Below, piece after piece: positions 1 through 13,541 of a stretch of DNA of 64,000 nt (positions are counted from its first letter, which is position 1; each line of letters begins with the position of its first letter). The notes beneath the pieces are model-generated. The model saw only the letters and a program-made list of their open reading frames with translations. It was not told the DNA's origin and did no database searches. The translations under genes were made by a program, and so were the position numbers. Location of the stretch: positions 992,001 to 1,056,000 of the forward strand of contig JANJGN010000052.1 of assembly GCA_026770705.1 (NCBI GenBank), written 5' to 3'. The DNA is from Isurus oxyrinchus. Taxonomy: Eukaryota.

Positions 1-145
1 CTGGAAGCTATCACCAGGTTATTGAGAATCAGACAGTGTGTTATAATAAGCTGTGTTTTGTGTTAATATGTAAATGTCACAGTTTGTGTTATTTCCCATT
101 GAGTGTTGAATGTGAATTGTTGAGTAATTATAACACAGCACTTAC

Positions 146-514
146 CAGAAACGTGAAGCTGGGTTACAGGATAGTAGTTGTAACTATTACTGCTGTCAAA
201 TTCTATTCTGAAAAAATAAGGTCCTGCATCTTCCCGTCTGATGTTCTTTATAATCAGGGAACAGTCGCCATCTTTCAGGTCTCCAGACAGCCGGGTCCGA
301 TGGCGGAACCGTGGTAACTCGTGACTGTGATCCTTGGAGTGAAAGGCAATAGGAGCCCAGGGAATCTGTTTCTCATTATTAAACCAGACTCCACCTCGCG
401 GTTGGTTTTCCAGACACGATGGATAACTGTAATGACAAGGAATCTGTACACACGAACCTTCCTGCGCTGTCACCTCTCGTGGAGTGTCACCTTTCCACTC
501 TTGTGAGGGTTCAA
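146..514 (-). CDS. Siglec-like gene A, second V-set Ig exon (V2)
   Basis: Acceptor tttctctccccag| and donor TCTG|gtaag; 369 nt, phase 1-1, open. Siglec V-set pattern: GSCVQIPC, GDCSL (B-E strand Cys pair) and F-strand YFFRIE with the sialic-acid-binding Arg. Confidence 0.9.
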
Positions 515-579
515 CTGGGGAGAGAAATCTCAATATTTAACTCTGGATGGTTTGTGGATCCACTAGACTCAACTTTACA

Positions 580-1400
580 GATGAGGCTGAATTGGGGGGA
601 TGGTTAATACTGAGGAGAATGGCAACAAATTATTTTGGCAGGATGAATAGAAAAACAGAATATTATTTAAATGGAGACAGGCTGCAGAATGCAGGACAGA
701 GGGATCTGGGTGTCCTTGTACATGAATCACAGAAAGTCAGCATTCAGGAACACCACGGAATGAGGAAGGCAAGTGGAATGTTGGCCTTTATTGCAAAGGG
801 ATGGAGTATAAAAGGAGGGACGTCTTGCAACAGCTGCACAGGGTGAGATTGTATCAGGAGCAGTGTGTACAGTTCTGGTCTCCTTACTTAGGGAGGGATA
901 GACTCTGCATTGGAGGCAGTTCAGAGGAGGTTCACTGGGCTGATTCCTGGGATTAAAGGGTTTGTCCTGTGAGGAAATGGTGAGCAGGTTGGGCCTGTAT
1001 CCATTGGAGTTTAGAAGAATGAGGGGTGACCTTATTGAAACATATCCGATTCCGAGGGGGCTTGACAGGGTGGATGCTGGGAGGATGTTTGCCCCTCGTG
1101 GGGGAATCTAGAACCAGGGAGCACAGTTTCGGAATGAGGACTCTCCCATTTAAGACTGAGATGAGGAGGAATTTCCTCTCTCAGAGGGGCGCTAGCCTGT
1201 GGAATTCTCTTCCCCAGAGAGCAGTGGAGGCTGGGCCATTGAATAGACTCAAGGCTGAGTGAGGCAGGTTTTTGATCGACAAGGGAGTCAAGGGTTTGGG
1301 GGACAGGCAGGAAAATGGAGTTAAGGCCACAACCAGATCTGCGAGAGTAGGCTCGGGGGGCCGAATGGCCTGCTCAAGTCCCTATTTCTTATGTTCCTAC
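580..1400 (+). mobile_element. CR1-like LINE 3' fragment (copy at ~34378-35200)
   Basis: Degenerate RT C-terminus (YYLNG..QRDLGVLVHESQK..ASGMLAFI; RRNFLSQR..LWNSLP) and CR1-type tail. Confidence 0.8.
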
Positions 1401-1959
1401 ATTCTTACCTTCTTGAAATATTAAAGCTGCAGAATAAACATGCAAGTGACTGACCTGCTCGACCCACCTTCCATCTGGGGGTCCCATGGGGAGGACCCTT
1501 CCTGAGCCAGATCCACCAGCCAACATGGTCTGGATCTGAGCACAGGAGACACGGGGGGGTGTGACTAACAGGCTCCTTGTGACAGGCCCCGTCTGTCCAA
1601 TGGCTGGCTTTCAGCTGCCAAGGCCAGAGTGGTCCTTGCTAAAACCGGCTCAGGACAGGTCAGGACACCTGTGCAGATCCCCTCCAGCGCTGCAGCCTCT
1701 GTACAAACCCCTCATGCGCTTGTGGAGAGACACAAACAAGGCTGCACATTACCGAGGAGAATCCCCTCTACGGACTAAGGGGCTGACTCATCACCTTAAA
1801 CTCAGCAAATGAGGAGGCTCTCACTCGGTATCGGGACTTGGCATTCACTCAATAAAAATAATCAAATGACATTTTGGTCAGAAATCTAAGGAGGTTGTAC
1901 ATTCCCTCAAAAATAAGACTCAAGCTGGGGTCGAGGGTCAAAGGGCAACAACTTATATT

Positions 1960-3570
1960 TACACAACAACTTGAACATGACAAATCACCCCAAGGTGCTA
2001 CACAGGAGCGTCATAAAACAAAGTATGTCACCCAGACACATGTGGAGATATTAGCGACAGCTGGCCAGAAGAGGACGGTGTTATGGAGAATCTTCAAAGA
2101 GGGATGAAATGGATAGTGAGAGAGAGAGAGATAGAGATAGAGAGAGAGAGAGAGAGGGACGGAGAGGGGTTGAGGGAGGGTATTACAGAGCTCGGGCCCC
2201 AGGCAGCTGAAGGCACGGCCGCCGATGTTGGAGTGATGGGACCGGGGGATGGTCAAGAGGCTGGAATTGGAGGAGAGCAGAGACCTCAGAGGGTTGGAGG
2301 GGCTGGAGGAGGTTACAGAGATAGGGAGGGTTGTAGTGATTGGAGGAGTTACAGAGATAGGGAGGGTTGTAGAGGCTGGAAAATTGAAGAGAGATTGGGA
2401 GAGTGTAGGGTATGGAGGAGTTTGCAGAGCTAGAGAGGTTTGTAGTGGCTGGAGGAGTTTGCAGAGATTGGTAGGTTTGTTGGGCAGGATGATTTTACAG
2501 ATATAGGGAAGCGGTGGAGGCTTGAAGAGGTTACAGAGAATGGGATGGTTGTAGGTACTGGAGGAGGATGAGGAGATTACAGGGATAATGAGGAAACAAA
2601 GATGAAAATTGTGACATTGAGACTTTGCTTGACCAGGAGCCAGTCTCGGTCATCGAGCAGAGCGGGTGATGAGGGAACGGGACTTGGTGTGAGTAAGGAC
2701 GTGGTCAGCAGTTTTGGATGGCCTCAAGTTTATGGAGTGTAGAGCGTGTTGTTGGAACAGTCGAGTCTGGAGGTAATGAAGGCGTGGATGAGGGTTTCAG
2801 CAGCAGATGAGCTGAGACAGGGTGATGTCGTGCGATGTTACGGAGGTGGAAATAGACGGTGTTAGTGAGGGCGCAGATGTGAGGCCGGAAGCTCATCTCA
2901 GGATCAAATGGGACAACAAAGCTGTGAACAGATTGGCTTCAATCTCAGAGAGCTGCCAGGGAGAGGAATGGAGTTGGTAGCGAGGGAACAGAGTTTGGAG
3001 TGGGGAATGAAGACAATGGCTTCAGTCTTTCCAATATTTAATTGGAGGGAATTTCTGCCCATCCAGTACTGGATGTCGGATAAGCAGCCTGATAATTTAG
3101 CAGCAGTGGAGGAGTCGAGAGAGGTGGTGGTGAGGTAGAGCTGGGGATCCTCAGTGGACAGGTGAAAACTAACAGTGTTCAGATGATGCTGCAAAGCCAT
3201 TGCAAGTGATTCTCTGGCTACGATGAGATGGATAAGAATGGAGCCAGGGGAGAGCAGTCCCACCCAGCTGGACAACAGTGGAGAGGTGTTGGAGGAGGAT
3301 GGTGTGGTCGAGCATGTCAAAGGCTGCAGACAGATCGAGAAGGACGAGGAGGGAAAGTTGACCTTTGTCACAGTCACACAGGATGCCATTTGTGACCTTG
3401 ATAAGAGTTGTTTCAGCACAGTGGCTGGGGTGGGAACCTGATTGGAGGGATTCAAACATGGAGTTCCGGGAAAGATGGGAACGGATTCGGGAGATGGAAA
3501 CACGTTCAAGGACTTTGCAGGGGAAAGAGAGGCTGGAGATGGGACGGGGGTTTACATGGACAGTGTGAGG
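1960..3570 (-). mobile_element. L2-like LINE fragment (copy at ~35780-37360)
   Basis: RT motifs LLDLSAAFDxLDH, LQLNIGKTE, GGRAFSCLGPEL; internal purine-rich repeat. Confidence 0.82.
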
Positions 3571-3823
3571 GGTGGAAGGTGTAGTGGGGAGGAGACACTT
3601 CACTCAGGGGGGAGGTGTCATCACCCCTCAACTCGGTTTACGTTACAGCTATGATGTGGATTCAATCACACACAATAAGCTCATGGATCTGGGAGTAGAA
3701 ATAGACAAATCATTAAAAATAGTGACGCTGGTTAACACGGCCAAAAAACAAGCAAATCAAACACTATTATTTCCCATTGAGTGTTGAATGTGAATTGTTG
3801 AGTAATTATAACACAGCACTTAC

Positions 3824-4198
3824 CAGAAACGTGAAGCTGGGTTTCAGGACGGTCGTTGTATCTATTCCTGTTGTCAAATTCTAGGCTGAATAAATAATAT
3901 CCTGCATCTTCCCGTCTGACATTGTTTATAATCAGGGAACAGTCACCATCTTTCAGGTCTCCAGACAGCCGGGTCCGATGGTGGAACCTTATTAACTTGC
4001 GATTGTGATTCTTGGAGTGAAAGGCTATAGACCGTTCATTCCATGTTTCCCAATTCCTTCTCATATACCAGAATCCGACTGGTGATCTCGCTACTAAATA
4101 TGATGGATAACTGTAATTACATGGAATCTGTACACACGAACCTTCCTGCGCTGTCACCTCTCCTGGAGTGTTGACTTTCCACACTTGTGATAGTCCAA
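3824..4198 (-). CDS. Siglec-like gene A, first V-set Ig exon (V1); essential Arg replaced by Ser
   Basis: Acceptor ttctctccgtag|, donor TCTG|gtaag; 375 nt, open. Cys pattern conserved, but the F strand reads YYLFSLE (AGC at 3885-3887). Confidence 0.88.
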
Positions 4199-4601
4199 CT
4201 ACGGAGAGAAATATCAATATTTAACTCTGAATGTTTTCTCAATCCACTGTACTCAATATCCACCCCCTCCATCACTGGGGCACAGTGGCTGCAGTCTGGA
4301 TAATCCACAGGTCACACAATGAATGCCCCAAGGTTTTACCACAGATCGAAGAGAATTCTGGACACAGGAGTGGACAAGTTCATTCTACATTGGCTCATGG
4401 CCCACAGGAACCTATTTAGTGAAGTCAGTCTGCCACCCAACACAGTGTCTACAAGACGCACTGATTGAAGTGAGTTCACTGCTGATTTACAATGTAGGAC
4501 AATGGATTTGGAGCCTTCAGAATTCCCCCATTATCACCATCATGAATCATGAATTGGCCTAGCTGTCCTAGATCCTCAGTGTCTAAGGCAGTGGTTCCTA
4601 T

Positions 4602-5526
4602 TGTGATGTAAGTATAATAATTTTCATAATATTTTATAGTATATTGTGAAGTAGGTTTATGGGGGTACGCATGATGGGTCTGCATGTGATTTAAGTACAT
4701 TTGGAGTTAATTAGATTGGAAGTTTAAAATGATCAAAAGGAGCTAGGTGCTTGACATGCTATTGAGGAAACATGGATGCTGCTTAGCATGGAAGGTATGA
4801 AGAGAATTTGCATTTTTATTTCAATGAAGGGGTTGTTGGATTTCAAAGGAATCTTAGCTTGTTTACAACTAGCCAGATAAGCAAGACTAAGGAATGTGCT
4901 TATTTTTCTCAAAGGCTCCTGGCAATATGGGCACCACGAAAGAATTTGTTATGAGGAAGAGACAGTTTCAAAAACATTTGGAACAATAGAATTTTCATGT
5001 TACAAAGAGACAAATATATATCTATCAGGGAGAATGAAAGGCTATGTGTCAGAATGCCATGTAAGATCTAACACGAGTGTGTGATATAGTCTTAATGAAA
5101 CCTCAAGCATTTGTGCACAAGCCTGCTATCCAACAGAACTGAAGTTGGGGAAAAGCCACTTGGAATTCCTCTGTGCAGGGTATTGCTATTGTATTGTGTT
5201 AACTTGCTGAGTTGTTTTAAATCTAACATCTATTTTTAGTCTGTTGCCTTAAAGGGAGTGTAACTGGGAGTCAGGTTAATTTGGAATTTTAAGAATTATT
5301 ATAGTGGTAATTGTAGAGTTATGTATGTGCTTGAAATCTTTTATTTTGAGAGCAAGAATATTAATTTAATTTTCAAATCTCTAAAGGTCTTGGTGTAATT
5401 ATTGCTTCTGAATTCAGTGCACACATCTCATAATAAATACAAATTGCAAAATCATTATGATAGTGTGACCACCTTTCTCTCATGGACTTGGTCTGCCTGG
5501 CACACATCACCTGCCAAGTGATAACA
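4602..5526 (+). mobile_element. Putative solo LTR, family 1
   Basis: TG...CA ends, CTAT duplicated on both sides, homologous to 45791-46686. Confidence 0.7.
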
Positions 5527-5530
5527 CTAT

Positions 5531-6834
5531 TGTAATATGCCTTTCAGGGACAGCAGCATGACATCACTCGAGGGGAAGTGTGTCATGTGATTTTAGAACT
5601 GGGGATAGCTTAAGTAAGTTCTATGTGTATTTGTGTGTGTTAGGGATAAGGTCTATCTTTAAGTTCAAGTTTAGTTTGTTTTCTGTATTTGTGTGTTAAG
5701 AAAGGGGGAAACTTCAGTTTCATTTAGCAATCTAATGGGGTTTGATGTCTCTTGAAGGAAAGTCAATACAAACACAAGGTGTAAGAAACTGTGCTGTTGC
5801 TAAGCAACAGTGATCCAGAGGGACGGACCCATAGAGACAGAGAAAAACAGAAATGTGCTTTCAGTTTGGTTGAAAGGAGTTGCCAGGAGAAGCAGCAAAG
5901 GAGCGGGACAGATAGTCAGTCCCAAAGTAAAGAAGAAGCCAAAACTATCGAGTGGAACAGGAGAAAGAGCCAAGAAGACCTTCTACTCCAAAGAAGATCA
6001 GGAATCTGAAAAAGGTCCTGTTAAGTCGAGATAAGATTGAGGAGCAGAGGAGGGATCCAAGCTAAAAGAGAAAAAGCAAAAGGACACAGACCTAAAGCAA
6101 AAAAGGCTGATTAGAAGCCAGAAGATCATAGGAGACAGCTAAATGTTGATGTCTTCTTACTATGACCATGTGAAGCCATGGTGTTCCATTGGCATGACTG
6201 AGCATTGGAAAGACAACGTGTAGAAGGAAGGCTGAATGCACGTGGCGATCCAGGGGGCAGGAACATGGGAAGGAGAGTTTGAAATCGTGGAAGTGGACCC
6301 TTGTGGAAGGTCTCTGAGTGAAAGTGTCATGTTAGAGAAGATTCCAAAGAGAGCACTTGACGAGTAGAGATTGGAAACTCTCATGTGAAAGATACAGTTT
6401 TGTAAGACCAGTTGCCTCATGGTGTAACAAGTGTCTGGAGTCAGTTGAGCTGAAACCCATAGCATTTGTTCCAATTGGGGTCTATCACTTGGATACAGAA
6501 TGTGGTGTCCCTGACGCCAGGTCGTCTATTGGTTTGCATGAACTGTGTACTTAGTGTTAACATGAGAGTATAAGATAGTTATTGTAACTTGTATTCTACT
6601 TATGAATCTGTAAATGTATAGGTCTGGGTGAAGGAGTAATGTAATATAATCAGTCTTTCCTAGTTTAATAAATGTTTTATTCTTTTGTTAGAAGGTCATC
6701 AGATGATTCCTGTGACTCTGTTCAGTAGCCGCACTCCACATTCCTAAATAAAAAATAAAAGTTAGGACCTATCAAGCTGAGTTCCACCCTGGGATCTGAC
6801 TTGCCCAGTAGTAACATCAGCTGGGATGATAACA
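5531..6834 (+). mobile_element. Putative solo LTR, family 2 (copy 38631-39939)
   Basis: TGTAAT...ATAACA ends, internal AATAAA, flanks CTAT/CCAT. Confidence 0.6.
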
Positions 6835-7029
6835 CCATCCAGTCCAAGTTTCACTTTGGCCTGTGAGCAGAACACAGCTCACACAGTTTGGCTGCAGGTG
6901 TCTCCCAGCTTTCTATCCTTGTATATCTGTTCTCATGTCCCTATTCTAAATAAATGAACGCACAATGTATTTACCCAATTCTGTATCAGTGGCTGGTGCC
7001 TTTATATCATTATAAAAACACAACATGGT

Positions 7030-10000
7030 GATCAGCGGTGGCCAAACATTCTGGCAGCAAGATTCAGTACAGGTATGACGTGGTGAACAGCCTTAGATCG
7101 AGCTACATGGCATGAGACAACCCTCGACGCTTTGGTCAGACCACAACAGAGACACAGCATCAGAGAGGGTTGAAATCGCAGTGTACTGACTGCTCAGGAA
7201 ACCTTTGAAGACACAGTGACGGGAAAGAGCTCAAGTAAAGAGCTGGGGAGCAGACGGATCCCTCGTGGTGAGATTACAGCACACGGCCTGTAGGTCAATG
7301 AGTGGGACAGTGTGTATCGCCAGGACCAGCAGCGGGTTAGCTCAGTCAGGGAAGGCGAGTGACCAGGGTGTGGGCTGGATCGATAGTGAGCAAGGGAGAG
7401 TCAAACACACAAAAACCATTATAAAAATCAGCCCAGAGAAGTTAGTGATTATAACGGGCGGCTTCGAGATTGCTGAACAGCAAATTGAATAAAAAACAAA
7501 GACTCCATTACTCCGTGGTGTGTTCCTGCCGCAACCCGTCTTCGTGGGCGGAGCTTCGGAAAAGCGTACGAAAGGGGCTAAAGCGACACTCATCCCAGGT
7601 CCTGTAGGAGAAGGAAGGTCAAAGGAATATTGTCAGAATGTCCACGAAATTCCCCAGTTTGAACTGGGATGTAGCTGACCGACTATCTGAATTCAGGATG
7701 TTTAAACAGCGTACAGAACTCTGGTTTCCTGATTCAGGTGTGACTGAACCAGACGAGCAAGCCATAAAAATTCACCTCACGATTGGGAATGAAGGTCTAC
7801 ACAGGCCGAACACGTCAGGATTAACAGCAGAAGAGTGAAAGGATCCCCAATAGATATGGACGACATTGGAAGACAGGTTCAGAATCAGGTGAAACTCCAT
7901 ATTCATCAACTAGAGTTTATGTCATTTCATCAGCCTACACAATCCATAGACCACTTCATCAGCCGATGTAGAGAAAAGGGTACGCACTGTGATTTCAAAC
8001 ACAGAGTCTGCAGACAGAGTTGTTGAGTTGGCGATCGCATCCACTCCCATGGAAGCCTTCCAGAAAGCTCTGCTAGATAAGACCAAAACCTATAGCATTG
8101 AAGAGCTACTCAAGGATAGACATAAATACGAATGGATCCTCACAGGTCAACGAAGATTACAGGTCCTCTGTACAACATCAATTGTTGACACACTCACTAG
8201 AACATCCAAACCTAGTGAGACGTGTGGAAGGTGTGGCCTTCTGCAGGCACCAAGGAAATGCCCAGCTTTCCAGCAATCCTGCAAGGCTTGTGGCAGAAAG
8301 GGCCATTGACAGCGGCAGGGCACTAGAGCAAAGGCTGATGCAGCTACAAAGAGCCGTGTGCTGATCCAAAATAACCCTACACAGCGGGGAAACTTCAAGC
8401 AATAAGAATGACCATCCGCTATCCCATCAGGAACATATACATGCGGTGACTGACAAACCAGGAAATGGCAATGATGTGCACGATGAGACGAGGAGCGGTG
8501 ATCGATATTCCACCTCTCACACATATCCTGACGTGGCTTGCCAATAAATTGTGGATTGTTGTCCTTAATGATATCTCTCAGCACATCAAATAAACTGAAA
8601 ATGTCCCATAGCAGTGGGATTTTCTGGCCCCACCCACTGCCAGGATTGTCCAGACCGGCCGAAAGCCAATGGATTTATATTTGTCCCAATCTCCCATGGC
8701 AGGTCCTACCATGACTGGGCCAGAAAACCCCAGCCTAGAGTTTGTGCAGCACTTGTGCTCAACGTATTGTGCAATTGTTGAACAATTTCACACCTTTTAC
8801 ACCATCAATCTCATGGAGAACAGATGCCGTCACATCACCTGCACTATTGGCCAAGATTCCAATTATCTGCCCTGAGAAAGTTGCTACCTCCCCTTTATTG
8901 GCCAAGATTGACACAGGGGCAAGTGCCAACATTCCCCTCCCCCAGCCCACTCCAGCAAATTTTCAAAGACATGTATCCAAGGATATGGAAGTCCATGGGG
9001 AAACCTATTGCTGTGTACAACACTTCACCAACTCCATGTGCAGAATCCATAGTCCTGGAGTGCAAGTACAATCAATCCTCCTGGGTGTCACAGATGTTCT
9101 ACATTGTGGAGACTAAACGCTGAGCAATTACAATCTACCCGCATGCGGTGACCTCACACTAGTGACTATCCATGGAATTTGTCAGACATCACATGGGTCA
9201 ACCTCAGAAACTACCCCATCACCTCAGTTCATGCCATAACATTGAAATATGCAGAAAGTTTCAACAGTATTGGCAGTTTCAAGGTAGCTGCAACATTACA
9301 CCTGCAGGAGAATGCAAGTCTGTCAATTGATCCAGTACATTTAGCACAACAGAAATGACAGCAGCTACAAGAGGGAACAGTGAAAAATTCTACAGGAACT
9401 GTGGAAATATCATTGAAGCGTGGCCTGATTCAATTTGACCTGATCGGCATAAGCGAGGCATCTCCCAGGGAACCATTTTTAAAGGCAGGCAGGGCATCAT
9501 ACCGGAACATTTGTGATCCTATATTCTTCAACAACTTCATCCCTCACACATGGACACAGATCAGACAAGGAGACTCACAAGAGATACAGTCACTGGCCGG
9601 GTATGAACAATGACCTTGAAGTCGTTTGTAGGGAAGTACAAGGCTTGTCAAGAGGCTTGTCAAAGAACCACTGATTCCACAGGAAATTCCTGCCCATTCT
9701 TAGTCCAAAATCTGAATCCTTTCATGTCCATGTCACTGACTTCATCGTCATTGTCAACAGCTTTACCAGATATCCCGTTATTCAAAAATAGCACAACACA
9801 CCGAGCACAACTTCTGCACACACTCTAAGCACTATTTTCAGTTTATTTGGTGAGCCTAGGGACATGATTACAGATAATCTGGAATATCAATCACACTACT
9901 TCTTCTCCTCATTACCCCAGATCTAACAGCCTAGCTGAATGAATGATTCACACAGTGAAATCCCTAATTCTCAAATGTAGACAGACCAAGCAAGATCCAC

Positions 10001-12130
10001 ACATTGCAATGTTACATCTGAGATCAACACCTACAACTGCAACTTTGTTAAATTCATTCATGGGATGTGGGAGTCACTGGCCAGGCCAGGATTTATTACC
10101 CATCCCTAATGTAAGAGATAACCACATTGACGTGGAGTCTGGAGTCACATGTCTGCCAGATAATTTTGTTCCCTAAAGGGCACTGGTGAGCCAGGTGGGA
10201 TTTCTAACAATGGTTTTGTGGTCATCACTAGACTTTGAATTTCATATTCTTATTAAATTCAAATTCCATCATCTATTATGGCCGGATTTGAACCCATATT
10301 CTCAGGATATTACCCTGGGTCTCTGAATTACTCGTCCAGCAACAATACCACTACACCATCACCTCACCTTATTCCATCACTGACAGAGATCATGTTTCGT
10401 GTGCCAGTAGTGACCAATTTCGCTACTCTTACCCATTCTACTCTCTCAGAAACCAGAGAGCAACTTTTAAAACTACAAGAGAAGATAAGGAATGTTCATG
10501 ATAAAAATGGAGGTGCAGAGTTGCCAAGTTTACAGTTGGGACAAGTTCACATCCAGGATCCCACAGAAGGTTCATGATCACCAGCCGAGGTGACAAGGAT
10601 TTGTTCAGAACCAAGGGGCTATGGAGTCAAACACACAAGGGCACAGCGGTGAGGTGGAACCGAGGATAACTCAGATCCATTCCCGCTCCTATTCCATCGA
10701 GGAGCAGATCCCACATGAAATCAGGATCAGCATCCAAGGGTGACAATCCCACAGATCACGGTGAGCAGTTAAAGACACCTCCAGACAAGGTAACCAGCAC
10801 AAGATCTGGGTGTACCAGAAGGTTAAATCCACACTTTAGAGACTCAAATATTCAACAGTTCCATGCACTTATGTAATTGCCAATAAACATGAACATGATA
10901 TGAGAAACCGCTTGTTCCCTGCCCTTCTGAAAGATCCATTCCTGCAGCAGGAGCCTGAAGAGTTATTGAAAAGGGACTTAATTTATCGGATTGTAGAATG
11001 ATTCGGAACAGAAGGAAGCCATTTGGCCCATCGAGCCTGTGCTGGGCCTTTGAAAGATCTGTCCAGTTAGTCCCACTCTAACCTCTGCTCTCTCCTCCAC
11101 AGCCCTGCAAAATGTCCCCTTCAAGTATTTATCCAGTTCCTGCAAGGCTTGTGGCAGAAAGGGCCATTGACAGCGGCAGGGCACTAGAGCAAAGGCTGAT
11201 GCCACTACAAAGAGCTGTGCGCTGATCCAAACTAACCCTACACAACGGGGAACCTTCAAGCAATAAGAATGACCATCCCCTATCCCATCAGGAACATAGA
11301 CATGTGGTGACTGACAAACCAGGAAATGGCGATGATGTGCATGGCGAGACGAGGAGCGGTGATCGATATTCCACCTCTCACACATATCCTGACGTGGCTT
11401 GCCAATAAATTGTGGATTGAGGTCTTTATTGATCTCTCTGGGCACATCAAATAAACTGAAAATGTCCCAAGGGGTGGGATTTGCTGGCCCCACCCACTGC
11501 CAGGATTGTCCGGACCAGCCGAAAGCCAAAGGATTTATGTCTGTCCCAGTCTCAGAAACTACTCCATCACCTCAGTTCATGACATAACATTGAAATATGC
11601 AGAAAGTTTCAACAATATTGGCAATTTCAAGGGAGCTGGAACATCACACCTGCAGGAGAATGCAAGTCTGTCAGACTCCTTGCATTAAAATAATTGCAAT
11701 CCAACTTTGCCATTCTATCTTCTGCCAATAATTTCTCTGCCTTCCAGGTTCATTTGCTCTCTCTTCTAATTTTGGCTGTGCATCTCCCTTTGGTCAACCT
11801 CTTTTTGGGATCCCATCCCCTGCCATGTTAGTTTAAAGCCTCCCCAGTTGCATCAAGGGTAAAATGCCAATTGAAACCAGGGACAACATCAAAGAATGAC
11901 AATCCCACAGATCAATGTGAGCAATTAAAGACACCTCCAGACAAGGTTCCCACCACAAGACCTGGGCGTAACAGCAGATTACCTCTATGCTTTAGAGACT
12001 TAAATATTCAACAGATCTATACATTTATGTAATTGTCAAGAATTATGAAAATGATACCAGAAACCTCTTGTTCTTTGTCCTTGTCAAAGATCCATCCCTG
12101 CAGCGGGAGCCTGAAGAGTTATTGATGTGG
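7030..12130 (+). mobile_element. Degenerate Ty3/Gypsy internal region with partial tandem duplication (shorter copy ~40130-42380)
   Basis: gag (PSLNWD..FRMFKQR; CGRCG..C..CKACGRKGH), protease KIDTGASAN and integrase SSPHYPRSN remnants; many stops and frameshifts. Confidence 0.82.
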
Positions 12131-13051
12131 GGCTTAATTTGTCAGATTGTAGAATGATCTGGAACAGAAGGAAGCCATTTGGTCCATCCAGCCTGTGCTG
12201 GGCCTTTGAAAGATCTGTCCAATTAGTCCCACTCTAACCTCTGCTCTCTCCTCCACAGCCCTGCAAAATGTCCCCTTCAAGTATTTATCCAGTTCCCCTT
12301 CTGAAAGTTCCTGTTGAATCTGCTTCCACCGCCCTTTCAGGCAGTGAGTCAATGGTCTCTCTCTGAGCTGCAAAGTGCTCAGATTCTGTGAAATTTAAAC
12401 TCTGCAGCAGGTCAGAGACAATTATGATAACTCAGAATATTTGACAGTTTTACACACGGACAGCTTTACCTTCCTTCTCTCTTTCAGTTATCTTGCTCCC
12501 TTATTGAAGTATCTAGCATGGTGAGAATGGACAGGAAGTGTGACACTGAACAGCCTGTCTATTCTAGGAGCTGCTGTGTTGTCTTCATGGGAAATTCTGA
12601 CAAAATCAGCAAAAGACACAAAATTTCAGGGCATTGTTATCCGTGTCCTAGCATCGGGATAGACCTCAACCCCCAGTTTTTATCCCTGATTCTCTATTCA
12701 GCCGATCGCTTCCCTGTCACTCACTGACCTACACTGACTCCCAGTACAGCAATGACTCAAATTTCAAATTCTCATCATCGATTTCTTACCACACCATCCC
12801 CCCTCTACACTCTCTATCTGTGTAACCTCCTCCAACCCTAAAACCCTCTGAGATCTCTGCTCTCCTCCAATTCTGCTGTCAGACATGGAGTCAGTGAATA
12901 TCAGTGAGCACAGGGGTGATGGGTGAATGGGACTTGGTGTGTGTTTGTACACTGGCTCACTGCTGAATCGTTTCCCAATCACAGCTCAATAAGAATGATC
13001 TTTTACAAAGACTATTAACCATAAATCTGTCCAAGCTGACGATGTTATTAC

Positions 13052-13091
13052 CTTGGAGAAGTGACAGGAGGAAGTAAGATTTCCCGATCAT
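13052..13091 (-). CDS. Gene A leader (signal peptide) exon MIGKSYFLLSLLQ
   Basis: ATG at 13091, 40 nt, donor CAAG|gtaat, phase 1. Joins either V exon in frame (LLQ-VGLSQ or LLQ-VEPSQ). Four conserved copies in the window. Confidence 0.8.
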
Positions 13092-13541
13092 TGTCCACTC
13101 CCAGATATTTCATTAGCTTCTGACTCTCAAACTCTGAAAGAGAAAGGAGTTAAATAGACCTCACCTCTTGTCCGACAGCTCTCAAGAGATCAGAACTGCT
13201 TTTGGACAATGTCTTGACAGACTAATTTAATTCTCTGTGGGATGATAGGTACTCTGCAGAGAGTTACAAGGCTTTAAGAAAGAAAAACATTGAAGGATTT
13301 GCATTTCTATTGCACCTTTCACCACCTCAAGACGTCCCAAAGCTCATGTCTCTGCAATTCCCTCATCCCTTGAGCTAGAAAGATGTTCTGTACAACAGAC
13401 TTGAGCCTCACACCCTGATCTCAATAATCAGTAGAAATCTTTCAAATGCATGAATCATTGGAATCTGTCTTTATAAAGTCACAACATCAACAAAGGACGG
13501 TGTTGGTCATGGATGTGTATTCCAATCGTTCCGTTACTTAC

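Larger units (their letters stand above)
1..13370. repeat. Direct segmental duplication, copy 1 (paired with ~33800-43620)
   Basis: Colinear near-identical introns, LINEs, LTRs, Gypsy gag, V exons and leader. Confidence 0.92.

Noticed and set aside
63-533. Tandem V exons as rearranging Ig/TCR/IgNAR V segments
   Set aside because: Each ends in a GT splice donor after a complete G strand, has the Siglec B-E Cys pattern rather than the canonical YYC, and no convincing heptamer-spacer-nonamer was seen.
12520-12550. ACAGGAAGTG ETS/PU.1-like site conserved in three intron copies
   Set aside because: Conservation is explained by recent duplication; a short motif alone is insufficient evidence.
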